The notes under the pieces were generated by a model. That model worked only from the letters and a program-made list of their open reading frames with translations. It did no database searches and was not told where the DNA came from. Below are positions 39,216 to 52,065 of a DNA stretch of 64,000 nucleotides, piece after piece; the stretch's first letter is position 1; each line of letters begins with the position of its first letter. Location: NCBI RefSeq assembly GCF_001194135.2, contig NC_069003.1:6016959-6080958 (forward strand). The letters are read 5' to 3'. The stretch comes from Octopus bimaculoides (lineage: Eukaryota). The position numbers and the translations under genes are program-made.

Positions 39216-40702
39216 ATACATACATACGCACACACACGACAGCCTTCTTTCAACTTCCGCCTACCAAATCCACTCGCATGGCTTTGGTCGGCTGAATGTC
39301 CTTCTGTCTAGAGAAGCTTCGAGCTGACTTTGTTTTGTGAAGAAAGGGAGATTTGGGGAGAGAAAACTGCGGAAACCCGTCATCCGTGCGAGAAAACTGG
39401 AAACTGTTGCTTTTTTTTCGGATAAGACCGCTGTGCGGCCACGTGTTTTCGTGTTCAGTTCTATTGCGCGGCACTTTGGAAAACATCTACGATTTATCCC
39501 TTGCACAATTAGTGCCCTGTATCTGAATTTGGTAGACAGAAACTGCATGGAAGCCTGCTGTATGCAGTGGTGGGGGGCATCTATCTCCCACCAAACTTGG
39601 TTTGTTCATGTCTCTAAATCAGAGGTTCGTCAAAAGAGGCCGATAGAATAAATAGACTCACTCGCTCGCTCTCTCTCTCTCTCTCTAAGTAGAGTGAGTC
39701 GGTTGGTTTCTTTGAGTAAATCCTTCAAGGCCGTGCTCCATAATGACTGCAGTCCAATGACTGAAACATGTAAAAGGCTGTTACCAATAGTCATGTTGTA
39801 TCGGGGGCTTAATAAAATAAAAGTACCAGTCATGTACGTCGGATCTCATACGTCAAGTGAAGTTCAACCTGCAGGGAAGGACGACAGGTTATCATCTTCT
39901 TTGTTTTATTCCCATCCTTGCCTGGTGGTGGTTGTGGCGAAGTTAGTCTGTGTGTGGTGGACGATACTTGGGTTTAAAAGGGGGTTTTAGTGGGGGGGGG
40001 AGACAGGAATTTCTTCAAATTGATGAGAGAAGGTTCTGCCTCCTATGCATTTTGCGATAAGTGGGGGGGGGGACTTTAATTAAGAAGAGACTGGAGTAAA
40101 CAAGCGGTAAGAAGAAACAGGGGAGAAAACACTTTCTGCCTTTTGATGAGTCAGACTAACTGGGACTTTGTGTATGAGAGGAGGAGGAGGCAAGGAAAAG
40201 ACTCCCTTCGAATTATCCTAGCCAGTTCTTCTACTTTATTGGAGAGACCTTTTCTTGTGGCCGATTTCGTCTTCTTTAGTCGATCTATAAAATAACTCTT
40301 TTTTTTGCAATACTACATAGTCCTTGCCATCATGTGTCCCCAGCCTCTTGCAACCCTGTGGCCAGTTAAGATCACTATTATTATTAAATGTACCAATGGA
40401 AAGAAAGGCAATATTGTTTTAATTTACTAAATAAATAATAATACACTTCAAATATATATTTCCTGGGGAGAGAAAGAGAGAGAGGGGACAGAAGTGGGAC
40501 AGAGGAGGAGAGAGGGATAGGGGGAAAGAGAAATGGGTCAAAGAGGTGAAGCGGGAGCGGAAGATGTGGGGACAAGAGTGGGAGAATGATCAGCTTAGAT
40601 GGAGATGGTACAGGGGAGGAAAGACAGGTTATATAGAGAGGGGGGGGGAAACCAAGGGACATGCATACACACACACACAAGGGATATGTATATATATATA
40701 GA

Positions 40703-40794
<92 letters not shown>

Positions 40795-41621
40795 ACAGAA
40801 GGACGAAGAGCTGGTGAAAGGGTTAGGGTTAGATGTGTGAGAGAAGAGGAATAAGTAGGCGATGATGAAGCAGAGAATGGAAAGAGAAGAAGAAAATAGA
40901 TGGAAGGATGAGGAAGTGAGAAAGAGGTCAAGTGAGAGAGAGAGAGAGAAATAAAGAAAATAGAGGTGAGAGTGAGAGAGAGAGAAAGGGAGAGGAGCGA
41001 AAAAGAAAGGAGGCAACACGGCAAAGAGAGGAAGGAGGAGAGAGAGAAATGGAGAGGTGACAAAAAAAGAAGACCGAGAGGAACAGAAAGAGTGGAAGGA
41101 AGAGAAAACAGGGAGAGGGAGAGAGAAAATTCTTTTATGCTAAGAAAGTTTAAGGGGTAGCAGCAAGAGTAGTAGTAGTAGTAGTAGTGAAGATGTGGAA
41201 GAGGAGGAGGAGGGAAGCAAATCAGTTAGTGTCCTAGTTCTTCTCTCTGTAAATAATTAAGATCCGGTGAGATGATGATGATGATGGGGGAGGGGGGCCG
41301 AGGAGGAGAAAAACCGAGAGAAGAAAGAAAGAAAGAAAATAACATCATCAACAACGGTTAATAACAATAACAACAATAACGGTAATATTTCATCAACTTA
41401 CACCTTCAACCTCACCTCTCTTCCCTTACACATACACACACACACACACACGCAGGTTTCTGACAATAATCCACATACATTTTTGCCCCTTATTCACTCA
41501 CATACACGTATATGTGTGGGTGTACACACACTCACACACACACATAATTACATATGTATATCAATCCAAATAAATGATAAAAGAAAAAAAAGGATAATTT
41601 TAGTTTATAAATCTTAGCATG

Positions 41622-41678
<57 letters not shown>

Positions 41679-41790
41679 GTGTGTGAGCATGTAGTACACA
41701 AGCGATTGTCCCAGCATGGCCGTAGCCATGATGGCTTACATTACAAATTATTTAAAAAATCCAACACAATGTGAGGACATCATCGCATTG

Positions 41791-41821
<31 letters not shown>

Positions 41822-43106
41822 CCACATGCCAACTACAAAAATCACAACACAACATTCGTAAACACATTACACATAATACACAAACACAGATAAGGGTACA
41901 CACAATCACAAAAACAACTACACAGCGCACACACGTAAACATCACCACACCCACAAACACACAAGAACACACAACATACGCGCACACGCACACACACACA
42001 TCAGTAAAACCAAAACATTGAATCCTGGTGACTAAAACATAATGGAATGATTGAGAGGGGTAGTAGGAGGAAGTAAGGGAGAAGTGAAGGAAAATAGGTG
42101 GTGAAAGAAAAGGAGTAGAGGTGGGGGTGAGAGAAGAGAGTAGCGGTGGGGTGAAAGAATAGAGAGAGAGAAGGGTAGGTTGATGAGGAGGTAAAAAGAG
42201 AGAGGGAGGAAAAGAAATAATGAAAGGATGTGAGGCTTACACATACATATTACATACAAAATTACACACACACACACATGAATGTATTTATATATGTAGG
42301 CGGTGCTCCAGCATGGCATTTCTTGATGACTGAAGCTAACTAGATGTGTAGTTTGTTTTAGTCATTACTATTAAAAGAAAAAAAAGGTCATGCCCGCATA
42401 CATGTTGTGTGTAATATTATGTATAAGGATAAACAGCTAAAAAGATAGACTAAGGTAAAAATCATAACCCAAGATGTAATCCTGAAATATTTATTAATGA
42501 GGGATTATAATAAAAGCTGAAATTTAAAACAGGGAGTTAGACATGTTAGCAAGAGTAACGAAAAATCATTTCCATCGGGATCACCAAACAGTAGAAAGAA
42601 AGAGTGAGGAAAGGCAAAAAAAAAGATAATAAAATTAATAATAATACCAATAGCATAGTGGGAGTAAAAGAAGAAAAATGCGTAGAGATTGAAGACATAT
42701 TGAAGTAAGTGTAAAGTATGAAAAATAGAGGATACACACACACACACATAGAGTAAGCTAAGGAGTTGGGGAAGGGAGTATGAAAGTGTGTGTTGGCCAA
42801 GTTGCCTTGCTTAAGTTACCAGCAGCCATCACCATCACCGCCATTTTGTTCATCACCGCCATGACACTATTTCTCTTTGCTGGGTGGCTTGGCTTGCTAA
42901 GATTTTTGGTAGTCAGTGTATATTTAACACACACACATTCGCACTCTCACGTACTCGTATGCAAACACAGAGCAATCGAAAGACTCGGCGAGTGAGAGAA
43001 GATGCAGTAATCCATATTAGCAAGCAACATTTTATTTATAACAAAGAGTGGAGACTCCTACTTATAAAAACAAGAGTGTGTTTGAAATTCTGGACTTCAC
43101 GGATAT

Positions 43107-45370
43107 AACAAGGATAATGATATCAAATTTTGGCACAAGGCCAGCAATTTTAGGGAATCAGTCGATTACATCGACTCCAGTACTTGACAAGTACTTTATT
43201 TTAACGACCCCGATAAGATGAAAGACAGTCGAACTTGTTGGAATTTGAACTCAGAACGTAAAGAACAGGAAGTTCAGTCATTTTATTGCATCAGCTACCA
43301 CCAAACAAGCCCAAACAACTTCAGGGAGGAACGAAAGGTTATTAAATAGGGCACAGTCTGCTACTTATTTTAGTAACTCCGGCAGGATTGAAAAAAATTT
43401 CCAAGGCAGTCAGTTCGCCATAGCTAGGCATAAGGGCACAGGCTAAAAATCTGTAAGGGAGGAATCTCGGCGGTTAAACCTAAAACTCCCTACTTCAACT
43501 CGGAAGATAAAAGGATATAGTAATTAAATACTGATTTCAATGCCTCAATTTAGGGAATAGGTATATAGTCAAGCAAATAGGTTCTTGGTCTTTATTTTAT
43601 TTAACGACTCTGAGAGGGATTAGAACTGGGAACGTAAAGGACCGTAACTCAATACCGCAAGGAACATCAACAGTCGCTTTATCAACTGTTATGTCACATA
43701 AAGCCTGATAATAATTCTTTCTAAAATAGACACAAGTCCAGCAATTTTGAAGGGATGGGAGGTACATGATTAGTCTGATCCCAGTAATATTACAGGTACT
43801 TTATTTTATTAACTCAAAAAATGAAAGGCAAAGTAGACTTCTAGGATTTGAACTCAAAATATAAAGAGCTGAAACAAATACTTGAGGCGTTTTTCCCAGC
43901 GATAATTAATCAACTAATAATAATGATAATAATTCTTTTATTTGACACAAGGGCTAATATAAATTGTTCTTTCTATCATAGACATAAAGCCTGAAATTTT
44001 AGGGGAGAGGCTATCCAATTACATCGACCCCAGTGTTCAACTAGTACTTATTTCATAGATCCTGAAAGAATGAAAGGCAAAAATCGACCTCAGCAGAATT
44101 TGAACTCAGAACATAAAGACAAACAAAATGTCATTAAGCTTTTGCTCGATTCTGTCAACTCACTGTCCCCATCATTCTTCACCCTGGTGGCAAATAAAAG
44201 AAATCGTTATTATTTTTGGAAAACTTTCGGGCCTGGGCCTATGGATAACTTGGAGAAATCCCTTGCCTGGCAGTGATACAGAGGGTGTTGCCTGTTCGGG
44301 ATAAACTCTACAGGCACAGAAGTGCCGTCAGCCAGACCTGCCCAAGGTGTGAGCAGAGCGATAAAACCGTTCTGCTCACCCTCGTCCAGTGCCGAGTATT
44401 GCTGTCATGTGTAGGACAGATCTGGCTATCAGCTGAAGCCATAGTGAAGATTGCCCCTCTGCCCTCTTTTGGCCGGGAGGGGCAGGCAGTTTTTATTTGT
44501 CAGATGACTGTAGTGAAAGAGGTAGTATGGTGGGCTCGTCTGAAAGGGCTAAAGTCAGACATTTGCTTCTTTGGTCAAGCCCTCATCAACTTTTTCAAGT
44601 TTCACTTGAAAAGGAAGTTGAGGGTGAAGAGGGAAGTGTTGCCTTGTAGCAAGTTTGTTGAAAGGTGGGCGAATGTTGGAAGAATGGCCAGTATGAACGG
44701 ACCAATTCTGAGGGTACACCTGTAAAAAAGGAATTAAAGGAGAAGGGTTCTTGCCCTGTTGATCAGGCATCCATGGCTTTTTCCATGAGGCCCTTAAAGC
44801 ACCTCCCCTTTTGGAAGTTTTAATTTGTTTAATTTATTGTTTACACATTGAAAACCTTTTGTTTCAATTTGTGTTGTCATTTAATGTTTTATGTAAACCC
44901 TTGTGGCTAATAAAAGAAATTATTAATAATAATAATAATAATCCTTTCTACTGGAGACACAAGGCCTCAAATTTGTGGAGTGGGGACTAGTTAATTATAT
45001 TGACCCTAGTGTTTCACTGGTACTTAATTTGACCCCAAAAGGATGAACGGCTAAGTCAACCTCGGTGGAATTTGAACTCAGAACTTAAAGACAGGTTAAA
45101 TACCACTAAGCATCTCGTTCAGCATGCTAACAATTCTGCCAGCTCACCCACCACCTTATATAATAATGATAAGGATTTCAAATTTTTGCACCAAGCCAGC
45201 AATTTAGGAGAGGTGTTAAGTTAATTACCTCAACCCAGTAATTGACTGGTACTTCATTTTATTGAACCCAGAAGGATGAAAAGGCAAAGATGACCATAGC
45301 AGAATTTGAACATAAAGCAAAGAGAGCTGGAAGAAATTATGCTAAGCATCCTACCAGCTTGCTACCTTAT
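43107..45370 (-). mobile_element. Array of roughly eight family A SINE copies or fragments, interrupted by the Tx1/L1-type fragment
   Basis: Same unit repeated in the same orientation from about 43107, 43420, 43520, 43705, 43960, 44925 and 45160. Confidence 0.82.
44206..44940 (+). mobile_element. 5'-truncated Tx1/L1-type LINE, 3' end of ORF2 plus 3' UTR
   Basis: QRVLPVRDKLYRH...TCPRCEQSDKTVLLTLVQC is a zf-RVT-like CX2C zinc knuckle typical of L1/Tx1 ORF2 C-termini; T-rich 3' UTR, AATAAA and (AAT)n tail. Confidence 0.8.
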
Positions 45371-47181
45371 AATTAGTAATAATAAATGCTAACAAAAACT
45401 AGATTCAAACTTTTTTAAGGGAGTGGGTACTTGATTAATCAGATACCCACAAATATGGAAGCCAAAGTAGATCTGGACAGAATAAGAACATGGAAATGTA
45501 GAGAATTTACAGGTGAAAAGCGGATAAAAATAAAGAAAAGGGAGCAGGTATGGCTGTATGGTTAAGAAGTTTGCTTTGCAATCGTGGTTTTGGGTTCAGT
45601 CCCACAGCACAGCTACTTGAGTATCTTTTACTATAGCCCTCGATAGAACCCTGGCCAATACTCTGAGTGTGCTTGGTAGATGAAAACTGTGTGGAAGCCC
45701 ATAGCATATGCATGCCTTTGTGTCTGTCTTTATATGTTCTGCCACTGCTTTACAACTAGATTTGGTTTGTTTACATCCTGTAACTTAGTAGTTCAATAAG
45801 ACACTGATAGAATAAGTAACAAACTGGGGGAGGGGGGTAAGTAGTGGGATCAATTTATTCAACTTCAAGCTTCATGGCAGTATCTCCAGCATGACCACAG
45901 TTTAATGACAAGAAAAGTACAAGAAAAAGAAAGAAAGAAAAAACACCCCACAAATATTTATTGTTACCTTAACAACATAAATAACCATGCAAATTAAACA
46001 AAAACATGAACTACACGTGCTGATATATATATAGTGTATGTGTGTGTGCACGCGCGCACATGCATAACAGCATAAGATGATTGTCACTAGGCCTAACTCA
46101 GCATAAAACAAATGAACAATATCAAAGCTATAGTGAAGGCAAGCCATTGGATTTGGTTTAAAAGAAATGATGAGCAATGGCCAGAAGAATATTGAATAAA
46201 GCCTTGTAACCAGTAGATGAAGCAAGTGGGGCATCATTTCAGTGAGGTGGGGATCGGTACGCAATAATACTGTCAAGAGGACGGACTCAAAATGGAACAC
46301 ATTCTCTCCTGATAATCACACAACAATCTTAGTCTTTTTTTTCCTGAAGCTTTCAACTAGCAATACTTGTATCTGCAAGCTGTTTGCAAAAATGCATACA
46401 TATATATACACACACACATATGACAACCATAACACAATTAGCTTGAATAGTAAGACAAGTGTAACTCCAAACCACATTAAAAGACCAGTGCACTATAAAA
46501 ACTGCATTTGCAGTAATGTGCATTGGTGGAAGATCCACAGGTGACACAGATTCAGTTTTATAGTTAATTACTTACAGTAAATTGCGTTATTGACAGGGAT
46601 AATTGAATAAAATTACATGGCCTGCTTTATAATTTAATACATAGGAAAAACATATTTACAAGGACACATTACCAACAGTTAACTGAAGAAGCTGCTAGTA
46701 TTTCAACAAAAATATCATGGTTTAGTCAACAAAATTTCCATGAAATTCAGACATAGGGAAAATAATATATATTTATAATAATACAGATGCATGGCTCATG
46801 GTAAGAACTCTGGCTCACAATCATGACGTAGTGAGTTTGACTTCCGACGTGGGCTGTGTGTTGTGTTCTTGAGCAAGACAGTTTATCGTATGTTGAACCA
46901 GTTCATGCAGCTGTAAAAAGGAGCTACAACATCACTGGTGCCAAACTGTATTGGCTTTTGTCTTTCCCTTGGATAATATCAGTGGCATGGAGTGGGGAGG
47001 CTTGTATGCATGGCCAACTGCTGTTCTTCCATAAAACAACTTATGCCTTGGAGGGTAACTTTCTAGATGCAATCTCATGATCAAGCATGTCCAAAGGAGG
47101 CCTTTCTTTTTACCCCCCACTTTTTTTTTTTTTTTTTTTTACAAATTNNNNNNNNNNATACATATATATATATATATATAT

Positions 47182-47212
<31 letters not shown>

Positions 47213-47329
47213 TATATCTTGATTGCTCCATCTTCACAGATGAAATTTTATGGAAGGTTTTAATTTAGAAGTCTTGAAAACAGTCAGGGTCTGTCTTAGG
47301 CAGGTTGATATGAAAAGGGTCGAAATAAC

Positions 47330-47612
47330 TGTCATTTTTAAGCTGGTGTTAAATTAGCATGAAACTTTGATAGGTCTTACTTCCTGTACTTACTTGTGTA
47401 TAAGTTGCAATCCTAACTTAACATTACATCCTAGTACAAATTTTTTCCCCTTCATATTCAAACTTGATAAGCTTTACCCAGTGTATATATAAGTTGCACA
47501 CCAGTTTTTTCAATTAAAACCAAGTATAAAACTTATGAGTAGATGTAATTTTAAAACAGGAAGTGTGTATCATAAAAACACATAGTTTCAGGCACTTTGG
47601 TAGCAAAAGGGT
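47330..47612. mobile_element. Second TTAA-type MITE family (related pieces at about 10372-10570 and 15830-16055)
   Basis: Ends GGTAGCAAAAGGG|TTAA; 10372 copy starts TTAA|CCCTTTCAATACC; shared AT-rich body by eye. Confidence 0.5.
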
Positions 47613-47617
47613 TAAAT

Positions 47618-48152
47618 GAGTGGTTCTCAACCCCCACCCTTTTTTTTTTGCCTTATAGACACCCTTTGATTCCTATTTTACTCTACTGGACCTTCAAAGC
47701 CATTCAATGTATATTAAAAGAAAAATATCCTACTGTATATTTCATAATTAAATATTTTTAGGAATGGTATAAAAGACTTAAAATATTTTGTATTCCAGTT
47801 GATCTGATCAAAAGAACAGCCTGCTCGCAAAATTAACATTCATGTGGTTGAGTACTCTACAGGCACGTGTACTCTAAATGTAGTTTCGGGGAGATTCAGC
47901 GTGATACAAAGTTGGCTCTTTGAAATACAGGTACTACTCATTTTTGCCAACTGAGTGGACTGGAACAACATGAAATAAAGTGTCTTGCTCAAGGACACAA
48001 TGCATCATTGGGAATTGAACACCCGTCCACACAATTGTGAGTCAAATACCCTAACCGCTAAGCCATGCGCCCCAACAATATTTCGTGTATTGGAGAAGTA
48101 TAAGGAAGTTATTGCACAAATTTTAATAATGAAATCTTACATGGACCCTGGC
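47618..48152. mobile_element. hAT MITE of the 22237 family, right TIR lost, interrupted by a SINE
   Basis: GAGTGGTTCTCAACC left end; body aligns by eye with the 22237-22472 copy and resumes after the SINE at about 48076, ending CATGGACCCTGG. Confidence 0.7.
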
Positions 48153-48654
48153 TTAAATTAATTAGGATATAATAAACAAAACTTTTAAAATGGAGCTACC
48201 TACATTCAATGCTAGGGATAAGAGTAAGGAAAGTTAATTTATTAATATTGATAATATTTTTGTAGCTTGTATGGCAGTTTTATGACATGAACAAGAGTTA
48301 GCTGGTTATAGTTATAAAAATGAAAAGAAGGAATTAAGTACTGGTGGAGATTAGTGAGAGTAAAAAGGTAAAACAAGATAAGTCATGTATTATTAATGCC
48401 TTAAATAGGTGGTTACAATTGAAATACACAGTATTATAGCTGGATTGGAAAAATAAGGCAGTAAGGAGGGATTTAGTGAGAAAGTTGAACAGAAGTAAAG
48501 CTATACAAGAAAATATTTGAAGTATGCATAAATATGTGTAAGTAAAAGAAGAAAAAAGCATCTAAGACAACATTAAAAGGGGATACGTGAGCCATGGGAA
48601 TATATATANNNNNNNNNNTTGTCATATCATGAGGATTATATAATACTGAATACA

Positions 48655-48930
48655 TGGACTCATGGTCGAGGGACGTGGGTTTGAATCTCAGACCGGGTGA
48701 AGTGTGTGCTTATAAGTGAAACACCTAAACCCCACACAACTCCGGCAGAAGGTAATAGCAAACTTCTGTCGACTCTTTCGCCACAATTTTCTCTCACTCC
48801 TTCCTCCTGCATCTAGCAGCTCACCTTTCACAGACTGGTGTCCTGTCCAGGTGGGGAACCTATACGCCAATGAAACTGGCAAACCGGCTCTTATGAGCCA
48901 GGCATGGCTCGAGAAAGAACAAACAGCAAA
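48655..48930 (+). mobile_element. tRNA-derived SINE with a distinct body and the same tail as 31404-31644
   Basis: B box GGTTTGAATCTCAG; tail GACTGGTGTCCTGTCCAGGTGGGGAA...ATGAAACTGG...CTTATGAGCC. Confidence 0.7.
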
Positions 48931-51318
48931 ACAACAATCACCATTGATAACAAATAAAAACTTTACAAAGAATATACTTATTCTTGGGAAGAAGACATAA
49001 GTATATTCTTTACAAACTTAGTCACTTTCATCTTTATCCGGTTTCTGATAATACAGATGTGTACAGGCATGTGCATGTCTGTGTATGTAAACACACACAC
49101 CATTGTCAAGGCCAAAGAAGGCTGGAGTCGCATATCTGGTAGTCCTGGCAACATGGATGGCGATGAATGCCTCCCTCTAGCAGCATAAACAAGAATGCTC
49201 GTACTGCAAAACCATACGAGAGATCTGGTTATGGTAAATATTGCGGTATTGTGTGTGTTCTAACAACATCCAAGTGATGATAAATTACATATATATCTAT
49301 ATATATAAATTAAAAAAACGTGCTGTTGGTTTGTGATCTTCCACAAAAACAAATCCAAAAGTGATGGCTGACAACAGGAAGAGCAGCAGGCAATAGAAAA
49401 TCAAAGTATTCTGTCTGACCCAAACAAACAAAATAAAATGTAAATGATTTAAAGATGATCTGACCTATATATCTTTTGTTTCAACCATTAGACTGCAGTC
49501 ATGCTGGGACACCACCCTGAAGAACTGTTAGTCAAATGAATCAACCCTAGTACTTTTGTTTTTTAAAGCTTGGTACTTATTCTATAGGTCTCTTTCGCTC
49601 CAGGCTTTGGTCAGCCGAAGGGTTATAATAGAACTCACTTGTTGAAGGTACCATGCAGTAGGACTGAACCTAGAACCATATTGTTGGGAAGCAAGCGCCT
49701 TGCTACACAGCTACACATGCACCTATATATATTTCCAGCAAATTGGCCTAGCTAGCTCTTAGACTGCTCAACACACACCTGGTTGCATTTGCTTTCATTC
49801 CCTTCACTGAGCCTAAAACTAGCTAAGGTCAAATTTGCTTTTAATCCTTTCAGAGTTGATGAAATAAAGCCCAAAGCATTGAAACTGGCAGTAGCGTTTG
49901 AGTAAGAAGAGATACCTTTCAGTACATGTTCCAGCTCTTTGCATTCTAAGTTCTTGGGTGGTAGCCTTTATCTGTCACTTCGTTTAATGTCACCCCTTGA
50001 TCCAGAATAAAAGTGAGGGAGGAGAGAGGGTTGGCTCTGTGCAGAGTTCACTTTGTTGGAAGAAATTGAGTCCGTTCTCCTTCAATTCAAAGGATAACTC
50101 TCCCTTCCTTCCACCCACCTGTTCCAGTTGTCATGTGCACTGCTTCCATGCTGGAAGACTCATTCATTCACGCCAGCATAGAGAAACACATGTAAAAGAT
50201 TATACACACTCATACGTACATGCACAGATATATAAACAACAGAGATGACAGAAAATAGGCATAGGGTCTCGCATATGTAATATAGGGAGTTGTAAACCTT
50301 TGAAATTAACTGAGATTACGTCTACAATCAGTGGGGGGGAAATAAATCCTCTGCGCACTTAAAATGTTTTTATATANNNNNNNNNNNNNNNNNNNNNNNN
50401 NNNNNNNNNNNNNNNNNNNNNNNNNNNNNNNNNNNNNNNNNNNNNNNNNNNNNNNNNNNNNNNNNNNNNNNNNNNNNNNNNNNNNNNNNNNNNNNNNNNN
50501 NNNNNNNNATATATATATATATAAACAAGGGAAGTAACTCTAATAATATCAACATGGTGAATATTTTTAATATGTATTATTAGTGTATATAAACGTGATC
50601 TTTCATTTTACGATTGACACAATTTAGTGTGTACACGAGCGCATGCACACATACACACACATGTAGTGTGTGAGTGAGAGAGAAAGAAAGACTATGAAGT
50701 TGATTTAATTATGTAGTTACATGTACATACACACTTTACAAGTGTTTTGAGTACTTTTATACTCCCACATATAAACCACAACACACACATATACACACAT
50801 CGTGTTCTTAACGCCTCTTTCAGTGCAAACGCACTAACACAAGTGCTCTCTCTCTCTATCTCTGAAAGTGTAGAGTGAGTGAGCGAGTATATAGGTCATT
50901 AAATATATACACATGCACATTGTATGTATAAATAAATATATATAATGTAAGGAATATGTGCAGTTTTTTTGAGGTTTTTAAAAAAAATTTGGTTTAACCA
51001 CAGCTAAAGCCTTATTGTGATACTATCTATCGATCTATCTCGAATGATATTCAAGAAAACTTGTAACCACTGCTTAAGTAAGCTCCAATGCTGCTGTTGC
51101 TACTGGTTTTTCTGCCATTTAATAACTAACCCACCACCACCACCACCACCAAAAGCAGAAAGAAAAAAGGACAGTAAGGTGTGAGTTAAGGGTATGTTTG
51201 GTTGTTATTTCTGGCAAGTCGAGCAATTATAGAGAAGCTTTTCCGCTCGGTTTGTAAATTAAACTGCGTTAATTACAATATTTCCAAAACACACACACAC
51301 ACACACACACAAATATAA

Positions 51319-51697
51319 GGCGCAGGCGTAGCTATATAGTAAGAGACTTGCTTCTCAACCACACGGTTCCGGGTTCAGTCCCACTGCGTGGCACCTGCAA
51401 GTTTTCTACAATAGCCTCAGGCCGACCAAAGCCTTGAGTGGATTTGGTAGACGGAAACTTTAAAGAGGCCCGTCGTTATATGTATGTATATATATATCTA
51501 TGTGCGTGTGTATGCCTTTATTTGTGTTTGTTCCCCCACCACCGCTTGACAACCAATGTTGGTGTGTTTGCATCCCCGTAAACTAGCAGTTCGTCAAAGA
51601 GACTGATAGAATAAGTACTGAGGTCGATCCATTTCGACTAAAAATTTAAGGCGGTGCCCCAGCATGGCCGCAGTCTAATGACAAACAAGTAAAGATA
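51319..51697 (+). mobile_element. Near full-length tRNA-derived SINE (here called family B), CpG intact
   Basis: Head GGCGCAGGCGTAGC...GGTTCCGGGTTCAGTCCCACTGCGTGGCACC, body GGATTTGGTAGACGGAAAC, (TA/TG)n linker, 3' CAGCATGGCCGCAGTC...AAACAAGTAAAGA. Similar copies at about 3215-3790, 4905-5655(-), 34190-34560, 38992-39294(-), 45541-45915, 59700-60100(-) and many fragments. Confidence 0.88.
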
Positions 51698-52065
51698 ACA
51701 CACATATAGTCACATTCTGAGATACAAAGTGACCACCACCTAAGACATCGATGAGTCAAGAAAGCCTGTACGTGGTAGCTCAACTAGAAATAACCCCTTA
51801 AATTACACCCTTCAACCTAAACGAAACAATGTTAGTCCTTAACAGACGAAGTGGGCAGAACTGGAACGTCTGATCAGAACTGACTTGGAGCTAGACAAAA
51901 CAACCCGTTAGAAATAGCAGTCAACGCGATCCACACACTCACACCTAGAGTCTTCTGAAGTTTTGGAAGATGGGATGGTCATATGCTGGAAAGTCTTTGA
52001 TCACAGGTCAGCTGGATCAGGAGTGAGTTGAGGCCAAGGGGCAACATTACTACTACTACTATTAA

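Noticed and set aside
42570-42660. Signal-peptide-like MLLVLLLILLSFFLPFLTLSF on the minus strand
   Set aside because: Hydrophobicity comes from (TTA)n and T-rich low complexity; no good phase-1 donor.
42814-42862. Minus-strand MAVMNKMAVMVMAA with a phase-1 G|GTAACT donor and a CAAAATGGCG (YY1-like) motif
   Set aside because: Too short and weakly hydrophobic for a signal peptide, and built on (ATG/GTG)n repeats; cannot be supported, though not excluded.
45902-46300. 132-aa minus-strand ORF with hydrophobic stretches
   Set aside because: No recognisable domain, no suitable donor, and it runs into (CA)n repeats.
46682-46725. CTGAAGAAGCTGC hammerhead-like start
   Set aside because: Stems I and II do not pair convincingly.
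51319-51400. tRNA genes
   Set aside because: A/B-box segments are SINE heads continuing into SINE bodies; no complete cloverleaf was found.
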